From NCBI GenBank assembly GCA_905178155.1, contig CAJINV010000013.1, positions 2,112,281 to 2,176,280 on the forward strand: DNA of 64,000 nt. Reading direction: 5' to 3'. The notes under the pieces were generated by a model. The model was not told the DNA's origin. It made no database searches and was given only the letters and a program-made list of their open reading frames with translations. Positions 45,621 through 58,404 of the stretch are shown here, in pieces. The first letter of the stretch is position 1. Every line of letters starts with the position of its first letter. The position numbers and the translations under genes were made by a program. This DNA comes from Amoebophrya sp. A120 (lineage: Eukaryota; Protista; Dinoflagellata).

Positions 45621-46344
45621 CAGATTAGCGCGCACGAGAGGATTAGAACCGAGTCGCTCTTCCAGTTCGTGCTGTTGAGGTCATCTTCTTTGAGTGTAAG
45701 AACCACCTTGGTTTTCTGTTTCCGATCTTATGAAATATACCGGTAAGGAGCCAATGGCAAAAAAATGATTCTCCAGTGCTCTCTCAGCCTCATCTACCTG
45801 GTACATCGTCAATACGGAATTCACATAATTTTCAAGAAACTCAACGCCCCTTGCCTCAGGCACATGGACACCATCCTTCCCTAGTGCACTCTTTTACAGT
45901 GCCGGGAATTCAACCTCTGAAAGATTTATATTCTGCTGCGAAATGGGTACTTAGACATCAAGAAAGGTCACGAGAGCAAGCGAAACGGGCTGGAGAGAAG
46001 CGACCTGCAACTGTGCCACAAAGACGGAGGGTCAATCTCAACCCTCAACATCACTCCACTCCACTGGATAACTGCTAGCATGAATGCTTTGTCCTAACCA
46101 CGACGAGACCCGAAAAACGAGAAAAGCATGAGAACAGCAGAGCATCGCTTGACCGTCAGGTTTTTTGCCGAGCTGAAATACCCGGAGTGGAGAAGCAGTT
46201 CGCCACCACGAAAAGGTTTGCTAATTTTCCTGCAGAAAGACATCGAAAAAGCTTCTCGACACAGCATTCAGAGTAGTTGATGTGGCAACAACTTGCGAGT
46301 GTCATCTTGCGAAATCATCGTTGTTACGAGATCAGCGCATTGCT

Positions 46345-47996
46345 TTACTTCTTCTTGGCCTCGAAGACCTTGGCCTCGACAGAGACCACCTTTCCCAACA
46401 TAACCACACCGTTTCCGTCCATGAACGCGACGCGGGACAGACCCTCGCAGTTCTTGAAGGAATCAGCGACCAACGGCTGCTGCGGCTCGAAGGTGACCTG
46501 GGCCATCTCGTTGGACTTCAGGGAGTGCGGCTCCTCCATCTTCTTACCACCGGTCTCCTTACCCATCTTCCACTTCAACGCGGAGATACGGCAGGCGGCG
46601 CGGCCGCAGCGGACGAAGCCGATCGGGGAGTAGCCGACCTTAATCTCGTTCGGGATGTCCAAAACCTGTTTTTAGAATTTGCGTTACTCTTCATGTCGAA
46701 CGTCGTCTCTATACATGCGATAGTTTTCGTGCATTACAGTAAAAGTCCCTCGAGTTGCAGAACGAAAAAACGCGATGGAGATGAAGTTTCAGCAGTACCT
46801 GGATCTGAGCGTCGAAAGCCTTGACGGCGGACAGGGTGGTGTCCTTCTTGTAGATCATGACATCACCACCACGCGGCATGTTCTGCTTGTCCAAGTTCTT
46901 CACGTTCATACCAACGTTGTCACCCGGCTTGGCCTCCGGCACAGCCTTGTGGTGCATTTCGATCTGGAAGACCTTTCCGGCGCACGCGTTGGCGGCGGTG
47001 TGGGTCGGCAAGAAGATGACTTCCTCGTTCGGCTTGACGATACCCTGTTCGACACGGCCAGCGAGCACATCACCGACACCCTTAATCTTGTAGATACCGG
47101 AGATCGGGAGGCGCATCGGAGCATCGATCGGACGTTCCGGCACACGGCACATGTTGTTCAAGCAGTCGTACAAGGTGTCGACGTGGATGGTCTCGGAGCC
47201 GACCTTGACGTCAGCACCTTTCCACCAGGCCATGTTGGTGGTCTTCTTGACCAAGTTGTCACCGCACCAACCGGAGATCGGCATGAACGGCACACCGCTC
47301 TCGACGAAGTCCTTCTTCCAGCCGACCTTGCCCAACATGTTGCGCATTTCGTTGGCAATTTCGTCATAACGGGCCTGCTTGTAACCAGCGGTTTCGCAGT
47401 CCATCTTGTTAATACCAATGATGATCTGCTTGACGCCCAACAAGTTGATCAAACGGGAGTGCTGACGGGTCTGGCCCTGGATCTCACCAGCCTTGTGGTT
47501 ACCACGCTGGATAGCGGTGGTGAAGTTACCTGTTCGAAATAATTGATGATCGAAAATAAAACAGGCGCTTTCCAAAACACCAGCATACAAAGACTTTTGC
47601 TAAACGCAGAAAGCACTCAATCAAAAAACTCAAAATACCATCAGCCGGGACCATGATCATGGCAACATCAGCCTGGGAGGCTCCGGTGATCATGTTCTTG
47701 ATGAAATCGCGGTGACCCGGGGCATCGATGATGGTGTAGTGCCACTTCTCGGTGAAGAATTCCTTGGTGGTGACGGAGATAGTTACACCACGCTCACGCT
47801 CCTCCTTCTGACGGTCCATGTAGAACGCGAACGCGAAGGAAGACTTACCCAGGCGGTCGGCCTCGGCCTTCAACTTCTCCAACTCACGCTCCGGGATACC
47901 ACCCAACTCGAAGAGCAGGTGACCGGTGGTGGTGGACTTACCGGAGTCGACGTGACCGCAGATCACGATCGACAAGTGCTCCTTTCCGTCGGTCAT
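46345..47996 (-). CDS. EFL: Elongation factor-like GTPase EFL, downstream tandem copy
   Basis: [18 protein letters not shown]; EFL signature [24 protein letters not shown]; GT-AG introns 47530-47638 and 46666-46798. Confidence 0.95.
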
Positions 47997-48702
47997 TTTG
48001 AATGTGTGGAGTGTTCGATGTCAAACTTCTGCTTTCGCAGGAAATTATCCGTGTACCCTGCGTGAAATGAATTGAAAAATCAATTACTCTTGAATTGAGG
48101 CACGAACTAGAACCCTTTTCACAACGGAAGGGGCCAGCACTCAGCACTTCCAAATCAACCATACGTACCATCGATGTGATATTTTTACACAAGTTTTATG
48201 TTAATCCTCAAATAGTTGACAGTAGCGTAGATCCAAGTGTTACGAGGATCTCTGGGTTTAGATCCTCACTTTAGATCTGCATTTGGATCTTCATGACTTG
48301 GAGAGTAAGAACCTGGAAAGATCGGTCAGAATCGCACGAGGATCAGAGTTGTTTTCACGTGTCGGTGTTTCAGTTTCTGCAAATTTAAAGAAGCCAATCG
48401 TCCGGCAATTTCAGAATATTTCACCTGTGCGCACTCGAAGTCGACCCATGGAATGAGGCGAAGCCGTGCACCACAACAGAAACAGCGCCATATGCTAGTG
48501 GAAGACGCCGCATAAAGAGCGACCCGGCAGATCGAGGTGCCGCTTCTCGCCTTTTCGGCGTTATCTTTCGTTGTCAGTGAAGTACACTTCAACTCTGCTG
48601 TCAAGCATCGTAATTTCGGTTGTCTTTACCAAAGGTAAAAGCTGCTAGAACAGCTGCCGATCAGACGTTCTTGATGTGTAGTTGAGTTTAAGGTTTACAT
48701 GT

Positions 48703-50390
48703 TTACTTCTTCTTGGCCTCAAAGACCTTAGCCTCGACAGAGACCACCTTTCCCAACATGACCACACCGTTTCCGTCCATGAACGCGACGCGGGAAAGAC
48801 CCTCGCAGTTCTTGAAGGAATCGGCAACCAACGGCTGCTGCGGCTCGAAGGTGACCTGGGCCATCTCGTTGGACTTCAGGGAGTGCGGCTCCTCCATCTT
48901 CTTACCACCGGTCTCCTTTCCCATCTTCCACTTCAATGCGGAGATACGGCATGCGGCGCGGCCGCAGCGGACGAAGCCGATCGGGGAGTAGCCGACCTTG
49001 ATCTCGTTCGGGATGTCCAAAACCTGTTTTTAAAATTTGCTTTACTCTTCATGTCAAAATTCGTTTCTATACATGCGACAGCTTCGTCGACGTGCATTGC
49101 AGTATCGATACCTCGAGTTACAAAACGTAAAGACGCGATGGAGAACAAGTCTTGAGCAGTACCTGGATCTGAGCGTCGAAGGCCTTAACGGCGGACAAGG
49201 TGGTGTCCTTCTTGTAGATCATGACATCACCACCACGCGGCATGTTCTGCTTGTCCAAGTTCTTCACGTTCATACCAACGTTGTCACCCGGCTTGGCCTC
49301 CGGCACAGCCTTGTGGTGCATTTCGATCTGGAAGACCTTTCCGGCGCACGCGTTGGCGGCGGTGTGGGTCGGCAAGAAGATGACTTCCTCGTTCGGCTTG
49401 ACGATACCCTGTTCGACACGGCCAGCGAGCACATCACCGACACCCTTAATCTTGTAGATACCGGAGATCGGGAGGCGCATCGGAGCATCGATCGGACGTT
49501 CCGGCACACGGCACATGTTGTTCAAGCAGTCGTACAAGGTGTCGACGTGGATGGTCTCGGAGCCGACCTTGACGTCAGCACCCTTCCACCAGGCCATGTT
49601 GGTGGTCTTCTTGACCAAGTTGTCACCGCACCAACCGGAGATCGGCATGAACGGCACACCGCTCTCGACGAAGTCCTTCTTCCAGCCGACCTTGCCCAAC
49701 ATGTTGCGCATTTCGTTGGCAATTTCGTCATATCGTGTCTGCTTGTATCCTGCGGTTTCGCAGTCCATCTTGTTTATACCTATGATGATCTGCTTGACGC
49801 CCAACAAGTTGATCAAACGGGAGTGCTGACGGGTCTGGCCCTGGATCTCACCAGCTTTGTGGTTACCACGCTGGATAGCGGTGGTGAAGTTACCTGTTCG
49901 AATTTGGTGCTTGAAGATAAGGATAGCCTCCCGCTGAGTGAAAGTAGGCATACGCTTTCCAAGAAAACACTACCACAAATAGACTTGTTTGGCTTAGAAT
50001 CACAAATACTTAATAGGAAAAAGTCAAAATACCATCAGCCGGAACCATGATCATGGCGACATCAGCCTGGGAGGCTCCGGTGATCATGTTCTTGATGAAG
50101 TCGCGGTGACCCGGGGCATCGATAATGGTGTAGTGCCACTTCTCCGTGAAGAATTCCTTGGTGGTGACGGAGATGGTGACACCACGCTCACGCTCCTCCT
50201 TCTGACGGTCCATGTAGAACGCGAACGCGAAGGAAGACTTACCCAGACGGTCGGCCTCGGCCTTCAGCTTCTCCAACTCACGCTCCGGGATACCACCCAA
50301 CTCGAAGAGCAGGTGACCGGTGGTGGTGGACTTACCGGAGTCGACGTGACCGCAGATCACGATCGACAAATGCTCCTTACCGTCGGTCAT
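48703..50390 (-). CDS. EFL: Elongation factor-like GTPase EFL, upstream tandem copy
   Basis: Near-identical protein (QARY vs QTRY); GT-AG introns 49894-50032 and 49024-49162. Confidence 0.95.
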
Positions 50391-52354
50391 TTTGATGTGT
50401 TGCGAAGTGTACTGTCACTGACTGTGAAACGCTCAACAAGTGAGACTTCCCTGTGAAGCAATACAATTGATTTCCAATTCATTTCCATCTTTTTTGCAGC
50501 AGACCAGAAATAGTTGCCAACTTGGATCTCCAGATCACTACGAGGATCTTCGAACTCTGCTTGTGATCGTATTCCGCAAGATCTTCCAGAACTCGCTACC
50601 TTCGGACCCGGCCGGGTTTAATTTTGCCGGCGAGGACCGGAATGTACCTACACCTAGAGGGATCTTTTGAGATGAAAATGTGACACCTTCGCCTTCCTCG
50701 CAGACTTCTTCATCAAATTTGACAAGATCAGTGGCAACCTCCTGCGGATCTTGTGGGAATTAATTTTGGCTCCCGAATGCGCCATGAGCAGAATTTTTCA
50801 TAAATTAGTAGTTGACCCTTTGGTTCATATTTCCACCCTTTGCTTGTCGTGTGCGCAGCGGACGGCCACGAAGACCGCTGTCGGTTCTTTCTGCTGCCAG
50901 GTTTGTTGTATCTATTCGTATGATTCTGGTTTTTCCACTTTAAATTTCGCAGTTTTCTTCGGATCTTTTTCATTTGACAAACAGTGGCGGACCTAGCGCA
51001 TCTCGATGCTTTACATTTGACAAAACAAACTACAAACATTTTTGCTCCTAGCGGAGAATCTACGACACCACCCGCTTGCTCCCTTTTACCAAAATCTGCC
51101 TTGGAATGAAAAAGCAAAACTACACATGATCGGGAAAACCCGCAATCGAGTGGTGTACATCTTTAGAAACAGCAAGACGGTAGGACAACGATCGTCGATT
51201 GCTTTCTGTCCCATGGGTTTTGCTTACACTCAGAAGTTTCGCAAGCCATACTACGTAACATTAACACGAATGCAAGTAGACGCACTTAAACAGGGAAATA
51301 ACTCGAGTGAGTGTGACACACCTGATGCTTTCCCAAAACCTAGTGAAGTACTTCGAATCTAAATTCTCAAGCTACTTAGGGTTTGCTTGTTCCATACCCT
51401 TACCCCTGGAAGAAGTTTACAGAAGCAGAGTCGTGCACTACCCTCCTGCTTTTGACATTGCGTGTTTCACCGATACAAAAAAAAATCCAATAAGACTTTG
51501 CACAGTTCTAAATCAAAACCTGGCCGCTCAGCAGCATTGCGTTCAATTCATTGGAGTACAGTGTTGCAATGCACTGCTTTATCTCCACGTCGTCCAGCCG
51601 CTTATCCTGTGAAAAGACCTTCCCACTCACCAGCTTCTTTAACATGAAAACATTGCTCATGCGCATACGAAAAAATGACAGCGGTCTCAAAAATTGAATG
51701 AACAAGTCAGCGCATCATGAATAGCTCTGCATACCAATTGTCCCAACCGTCCTGCTATGTGGTCCACATTCGGTCGATAAGCTCGATGGTCGATCTCTGG
51801 GCAGTTACAACTTATGCGACATTCAGGCCACATCGCACTACCACGCGACCCCCTAGTACTAACTTCTTCTCGTGCACAAAGGGAGATGCAAAAACTCAGG
51901 TGGGAACTACAGATTGTTTTCTAACAGCATAGCGCTTCGTGTTCGCGTAGCACTGGTCGCGCCGGCGGATGCAGCACAGCTTGTTAGACGGTTGCGCCGT
52001 CGCAGACGGGCACTTCCCTTGGTCGTGCGTTAGGACGGTGGCCGCTTCCGCCGCGAGCGAAGTCCGTGCCGCGACGGGCAGCCGCAGGGCACCATGAATG
52101 TCTTCGTTCCCCTGGTAGTTGTACCACTTCGGGTTCTCTCTTCCCAGCACGTGTGCCAGCCACAGTCCCGACTTTGGTCCCTCCTGGTCAATCAGGGATG
52201 GCATGCATTCCGTGCAAAAATTATATCGTAATGGTCCTCGTGCTCCTTGTACAACAAATTCCTTATACAACATTTGCGCACGACAGGCTTTAACTTTATG
52301 AAGATCTGAATGCGTGTGATCGAAGACACGTTTTTCTTCTATTTTGGAGAGAAA

Positions 52355-55300
52355 CTACTTAGCCATAGCATGCAGTTTGCACGAGTGCGATATCAATTTT
52401 CTTTTTGCAAGGCATAGCATGCAGAGCGAGGCAAACAGCGCTTTTTCCGCTCGTTGATTTTCCTCTTGCTGCTTCTCCGCCGCGTCCCTCTGCTTCCGCA
52501 AATTTTCACTCAGCTGTTCCTGTTTCTGTTCCAGCCTCTTCATCGCGACTTTCCGCTTGTGGTCTTTCGCTGAAAGTTCCTTGGGTCTACTTGAAGTCTT
52601 CTCGACGGGTACGGGTTCATCTAAATCTTTTTCCTCTGGACGAGCGGCTGCAGCAGATGAGGAAGCAGCGGCACGGCCCCCGGTATATTCGTCGCGCAAG
52701 GCCTCCTCCCCCTCTTCCTCGCCTTCTTCCGCCAAATTCTCCAATAGAGAACTCCGGGCAGTGGACTTCCGGCTGCTGTGCCGCTTGCGCATCGGAGGTT
52801 CCTCCTCAGACGCCAGCCCCGACGTTGCTGTTGCACTGTCTACCGGAAAAATGAGTTGAGCTTCGTCCTCTTCCTGCATGCCGAAGCGATTTTTCGTCAC
52901 CCTCGACACGCTGCCAGAACTCCGGCTCTTCGCCACATAGGGAGTCAGGTCTTCTTCGTCTCCGCCTGCTTGTGTATCCCCCACCTGTTCCGACGCGCAC
53001 GAAGTCCCGGTGGGGAGCCGGATTGACTTTCGGGCGAGGTCGTTGCCGCGCGGGCGGGTCGGCCGGCTGTCGTCTTCGGGAAAGTCTTCGCCGGTCAAAA
53101 CCGAAACCGCGTCGAGCTCCGGCAAATCCAGCGGCGTTTTCGGAGACCCGGACATATCGTAAGGAAAAATTTATCCCCCCTCCCCATCTCGAAAAGCCAA
53201 TTTGTGATACTGACCACATATCAGCTTTGTCTTGCGTACAAGGCAAACGGCGCCGATGTGGCGCATTGTACAGCGAGTCTGTCATGCCTTTTCGCCTTTT
53301 TCAGACATGTTTCTCGTGCTGTAGTGTTGCAAGCCGGATGCGTAGTACCCAAGTGGGCTTAGAATCTGCCGCCACGCTCGTGCTGCAATAGAAAGCTCAT
53401 TTGTGTACACAAATCCAGCAACGCAAATTGTCTTGTGAATCTGGGGTGGTGGCTTTTTTCTTCACTTCGGTACGACACGCAGGACTGCTGCGACATCTTC
53501 AGCGCCGAGGTTGAGCGCGCCGTGTTAGAGCTGCCGCCGTTGTAGGGCGAACTGTGGTCAGAGCGGAGCGTGTTGGTCGACGCCGCAAGCTGCTGCAATC
53601 GGCTGTTGGAACTCCGGAGAGCGGCCTCCTGCGCCTGCAAATCTAGTAAAGACTTCCCCACCTGCGACTCCGCGTCCTTCTGCAGGTAGAGCTGCCGAAA
53701 CCAATCGCTGTGCCGCTGCTGCCGAATCGAGAAGCTCTGGTGAAACTGCGCTGGTTTGTTTTCGTCGTACTGCACCCAGGTTCCGTCCGGGTGCCAGTAC
53801 CCCCACGGCTTGTACATCCACGCCCCCACGTATGAAATTCAAAAATGTTGCCCCTTTTCTCGTTAAGTTAACGTTAAGTACCCGACCAGATCTACTTGTC
53901 TTGCGAATGCTGAGAAGCCTAAATACATCTGTGTAAGTGCCCGTTCTAATGCAAGACAAACCTAGGATTGCAATTGGCATTAGGATCTGTGACTTGAAGA
54001 AGCATCATTCAATACGATTGCATTACGTACTGGTGAGTAGGTCGCGAGCTGCTTCAGGTGGTTTCTTACGCGCAAAAGCTCCTCCTGTTGCGGCTGTGTC
54101 AACGGCACAGGGTGCTGCGGCGCGGGCAGCAGAAAGGGGTGCTGCGACGCCCCCGCGTAATTTGAAGATCCGGGCACGACGAGATGGTGACCCGCCGTGG
54201 TCGTCCCCGATGGTACCAATGCACTACTAGTAGATCCAGAACTTTCATTAGCTTGGAAAAAATTGGCCAGCTGCACTTTCACGCTCGGCGGCCCTGTCTG
54301 CTCCTGTCCACGAGTCGGATTGTTCGGATTTAATACTCCAGCCGCACAAGAACTCCCGGCCGTCAAAAGGCAGGGCAATTGCGGCTGCTCGCGATTGTAG
54401 TTCGAAGCCTTGCTACTTTGTTCGGCCGAAGATGAGAGAAATGCCTTCGCTCTGGTCAGTTCCTGACCATCCTGTTTTTGCTGCTGCGTCGCGGCAACGA
54501 AGTCTTGAAAGTTGGTAAACCCGGGAAGGAAGGGCTGTTGCTTCTGCATGGGCTGAAAGACCGGCGCGGATGACGACAAAGCTTGGCGAAAGCTGCTTGC
54601 GGGAGCAACCCTCCCGCCAGCTCCTGCGTCGGAGCTGGAACCGGCGTCGGAAGATGAAGCAGCTACGGGCGGCGGATGTTGGTAGTACAACAACCCTTCT
54701 TCATCCGGAGACCCTTCGTGTGCTTCTTGATCTTGTCCAATCTTACCCGTACCGCCGGATGAAGATGAAAAAAGCAGTCCGCGGCTGTCCCGGTGAAACA
54801 GGACGGATTTGCTGCTACCCCGCGGCGCCGACGGGGTGGGCTGAATTTGCAAATGCGCGGGGAATTCGTTACTTTCCAAAGCAAAGTCGCTGTCGTCAAC
54901 ACCTGCGATAGTACCACTACTTGCATCCTCCTCGAGTAGCCCCACTCGGGGCCGCATCAACCTGCTGCGGTCCTCACTTTCTTCTTGACCGTCCGATGGT
55001 GGCTGTGCTATATCGGGCACCACCATTTCGTCCATCATTGCGGCCGTTGTTCCAGAATTTCTTTCTGTCCTCGCCTGGTCTTGTTCCGGGGAGTCCTCCT
55101 GCACACCAAGAAGCCCTTGTTGCTGGTGCTGGTGCAGTTCCCAGGCGCTGGCTGGCATGAAGTTGTAATTCATTTCCCCCGCATGGTCTCCGTACATGGA
55201 CGGTGTGCGCTGCGACCACGCCTGCGAGGGCGTTTTGATGCTCTCGTAACTCTTGCGCAGCTCCGACCGGGAGCGTGTGTTGGACCGCGCCTCGGAAAGC

Positions 55301-57594
55301 GTGTCCACGGACTTTTCCAGACTGGCCTGCAGCTTCGCCAGGTTCGCCGGGGTGAGCGGCGACCGGGGACGGATAACTGTTCCCTGCTGCTGGTGGCCCT
55401 CCTGCTCGTCTTGTTCACGACCCATGTCCACATCTGGTACTGCAGCGAGGGCTGAGGGCCTGTTGCTGGGGGAAGTCATGCGACCACTTGCGGATTGCAA
55501 TATGCCATCGTTGCGATACTTTTTCGCCTCTTGACCCTCCGCCCCTTGCCGCGTCAACATATCGTCTCGCTGCTCAAGAGCGCCAGCCGGGTGAAACGCA
55601 GCAGCTCCCCCAGTTGGTCTTGACGCATCTGCTGCCTGCAGGGCATCACTTCCATGCTCTCCCTGATGGTGCGATCCCGTTTTTGACGATGATGACGCCG
55701 TCCCGGGGGCCTCCGCAAACTGGACCGCCTTCGCAGCGCTGCTTGTGCTTCCCCGCGCTTTCGGAAAATCAAACTGAAACTGGTGCATGTTGGCGATCCG
55801 CTTCGAATCTTCTTCGGGTTTTGTCGCTGGTCGCGCAACCGGTTCAAACTCGCTTAGGTCCTTGAGCTGCTGCCCACCCAGCGTGTGCAGCAAATGCAAA
55901 TGCTGCTCTGCTGCTTGCTTCGCCGCGGCTGTCACGAGTGGCGGGTCATCGGACAAAGAGCTACGCTGCTGTTGCTGGCAATATGCACTTCGCAAAAGCT
56001 TCATTTCAGCAGTAATGATGCAAGAAGCTGCATCGAGGGCGATGCACCAAACTTCTCAGAGCTACCGTTTTAATGTTTCATTTCGATTGCAACATTGTTC
56101 TTGCAACCCAAGAACTTTTGCGCTTGATATTACGTGGTATGGCATACTAGGCTTGTAGTTCCCTTCAGGCGATCCAAACTGCGCCTGGTTCTGCTGATGA
56201 AAGGTTGCGTGCGCGCCAGCCGCTGGGTATGGGTGAGCTCCAGGCATCGGCACCCCAGTCGGAACCTGTTGGTACATCATTTGCGGCTGTTGCTGCTGGA
56301 ACATAGCATTCGTCTGTCCCAGCGTATTGTAGCTGCCACTGCTGCTACCACCCCCAGCGGCGTTCTGAAAAGAACCGCCGAAGCCGGCGTTCCTGTTTTT
56401 CCGAGATAGCCCAGAATTCGTCGGCGAAGGGTAGGAGAACGGTTGCGCGCCGCGGTTATTTCCTGGGTACGGTGCTGCGGCTTGTAGAAAAGCATTAGAG
56501 CCATTTGTAGTTCCAATCAACCCGAGCTGATTCAACAGGTGCGAATTTTGATCGGGGTGGTTGTGCATCATCATGCTATTCTGATCCATGCTAAACTGAA
56601 CAGGCTGCGGAGGTTGCCCTGCCACTACGGGGATGTGCAAGAGGGGCTGGCTTTGCAGCTGTTGGTGGAATAGCTGCTGTTGCTGCGCAGGAGGAAGCGG
56701 AGGCAGCAGACCATTTGCGGAAAGCATTGCGATCTGCTGTTGCATGTGCTGCTGTTGCATGTGCTGCTGCTGTTGCAGCGCCAGTGCCTGTTGCTGCATC
56801 ACCTGCTGCTGCTGGACCGTCAGCGGCATCGGCATCACTCCGTTTTGCATCGCAAACTGCTGCTGGTGCGCCAGACCGAGCTGTTGTTGCAGCGCCTGCT
56901 GGTGCAATACCTGCTGCAGCATCACCTGCTGCTGAACCTGGTGCAGCTGCGTCGCTTGCCTCTGCTCTTGGTCGTACGGCTTGGTGGACTGCCGTTTGAT
57001 ATTACCGGTGGACGATGTACTCCCAGTCTTGTATGGCTCCTGTGAAGACCGGCTCCAAGTACCTTCTCGATCTTTTCGGCCAACATCGCCGGCAGCTGTT
57101 GCAATGCTCCCACCTCCGCCGCGTCCGCCCCGAGGGCGGCCGGAGGGACGGGAGGAGAGTAGGTCAGCAATATGTTGGTCGGGTCCCCCTGCGTGGTCTG
57201 CCGCCCTCGTTTCAAAACTGCCCGAAGAACTCGCAGCCCCTGCTGCTCTTTCGCCACCCTGACCGCCTGTGCCCTCTCTGCCGCCGCTCCCTGCCGCAGC
57301 CGACTGTCTCGACTCACTCGGGTGTTCACCATCGCGGGCCAACCGGTCGGTATTGCGCCACTCCCCGGGTGGAGGATTGGGGCTGGAGCGTGTTTTTGCC
57401 TTCATACTTCCGGCACTGCTGCGGCTCGGCCGCATCTTTTTCGCCTGAACCGTGAGCGACACGCGAGCATCGTAAGAACAGTGGGGACAATAAGTAGAAA
57501 GGCGCAGTGCGACGAGACGAAACAGTGAAACGAAGCCAGACATTTTTGTCTTTGTCTTTCGCGAGGACGGCATTTTTGTCGAGAGAATTCGCAA
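52355..57594 (-). CDS. Large low-complexity Q/S/E-rich protein(s); ORFs 56062-57594, 53980-56004, 53359-53829 and 52355-53155 are probably exons
   Basis: Long same-strand ORFs with polyQ and coiled-coil-like stretches separated by short AT-richer gaps; junctions not resolved. Confidence 0.55.
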
Positions 57595-58404
57595 TTTTTC
57601 TATCAGTCGCTGGCGACTCTAAATGCAGACTGCGCAGGTTTTTGCACGAAGAAAAACTTAAGACCCACCCCGCGAGGCCATCGCTTTTCGGCTGCTTCCA
57701 TTACCCACCTTTTCTGTATCGCAGCTCGAACAAAAGTTATGCGGCCACGCCGCAATTTTGTGAACGCGACCACTTCCATTTGTGTCTAAGCGTAGCGCCG
57801 ATCTTCCTTGTCGTTGCGACTTAGTATAGTAAGTACTTTGCCGACCACAGCGATTCAAATTGTTTAATGCGGTGCGGAGAAAGCATCGACTTTAAAGCCT
57901 ACATGTCGCATCTCTATCTTACAACAGACCGCTACAGATTCTTCCTCTAAGAAGCTCAGGGCATTCGCAAGAGTACTTGCTCGAAATTATACATCAAGCC
58001 CTTTCCACCTTACGCGTTTATTCATATCTTGTACGTTTCAACGTTGGCTAGCATTTAAATTGTAATTGAAAAAACAAAAAGCAGATAGCGCGATGAAGTA
58101 AGCAGCATATACTTATAATCGCGGCGCTATCCAAATTTTTAGCGAGTTGCATTTTAATGGAAGTCAAGGTTTCTGAAACTCATTCTTCGATGTTCATTTT
58201 CCACTTGAAACCGGTGTTAAAGGTGTCAAACAAAACTGCAGTCGTGTAGTACCATCAGCCACGAAGAGTGGTTGTGAACAGCACGTTTTTATCAGCAAAT
58301 TATTCAAATCAGTTCGCATAAAGATGGTCGATCAAGCGTAAAAAAACTTGGAGCTACTTCTGCCTCGACGAACAACTTCTAAGCAGATCAAGCCTAAATC
58401 AATC

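Noticed and set aside
46709-50390. Canonical EF-1alpha call; long plus-strand ORFs 46775-47542 and 49037-50050
   Set aside because: Signature motifs are EFL-type; the plus ORFs are antisense shadows of codon-biased exons.
50763-50772. Relic dinoflagellate spliced leader (ATTTTGGCTC)
   Set aside because: Only 10 nt match and on the wrong strand relative to EFL.
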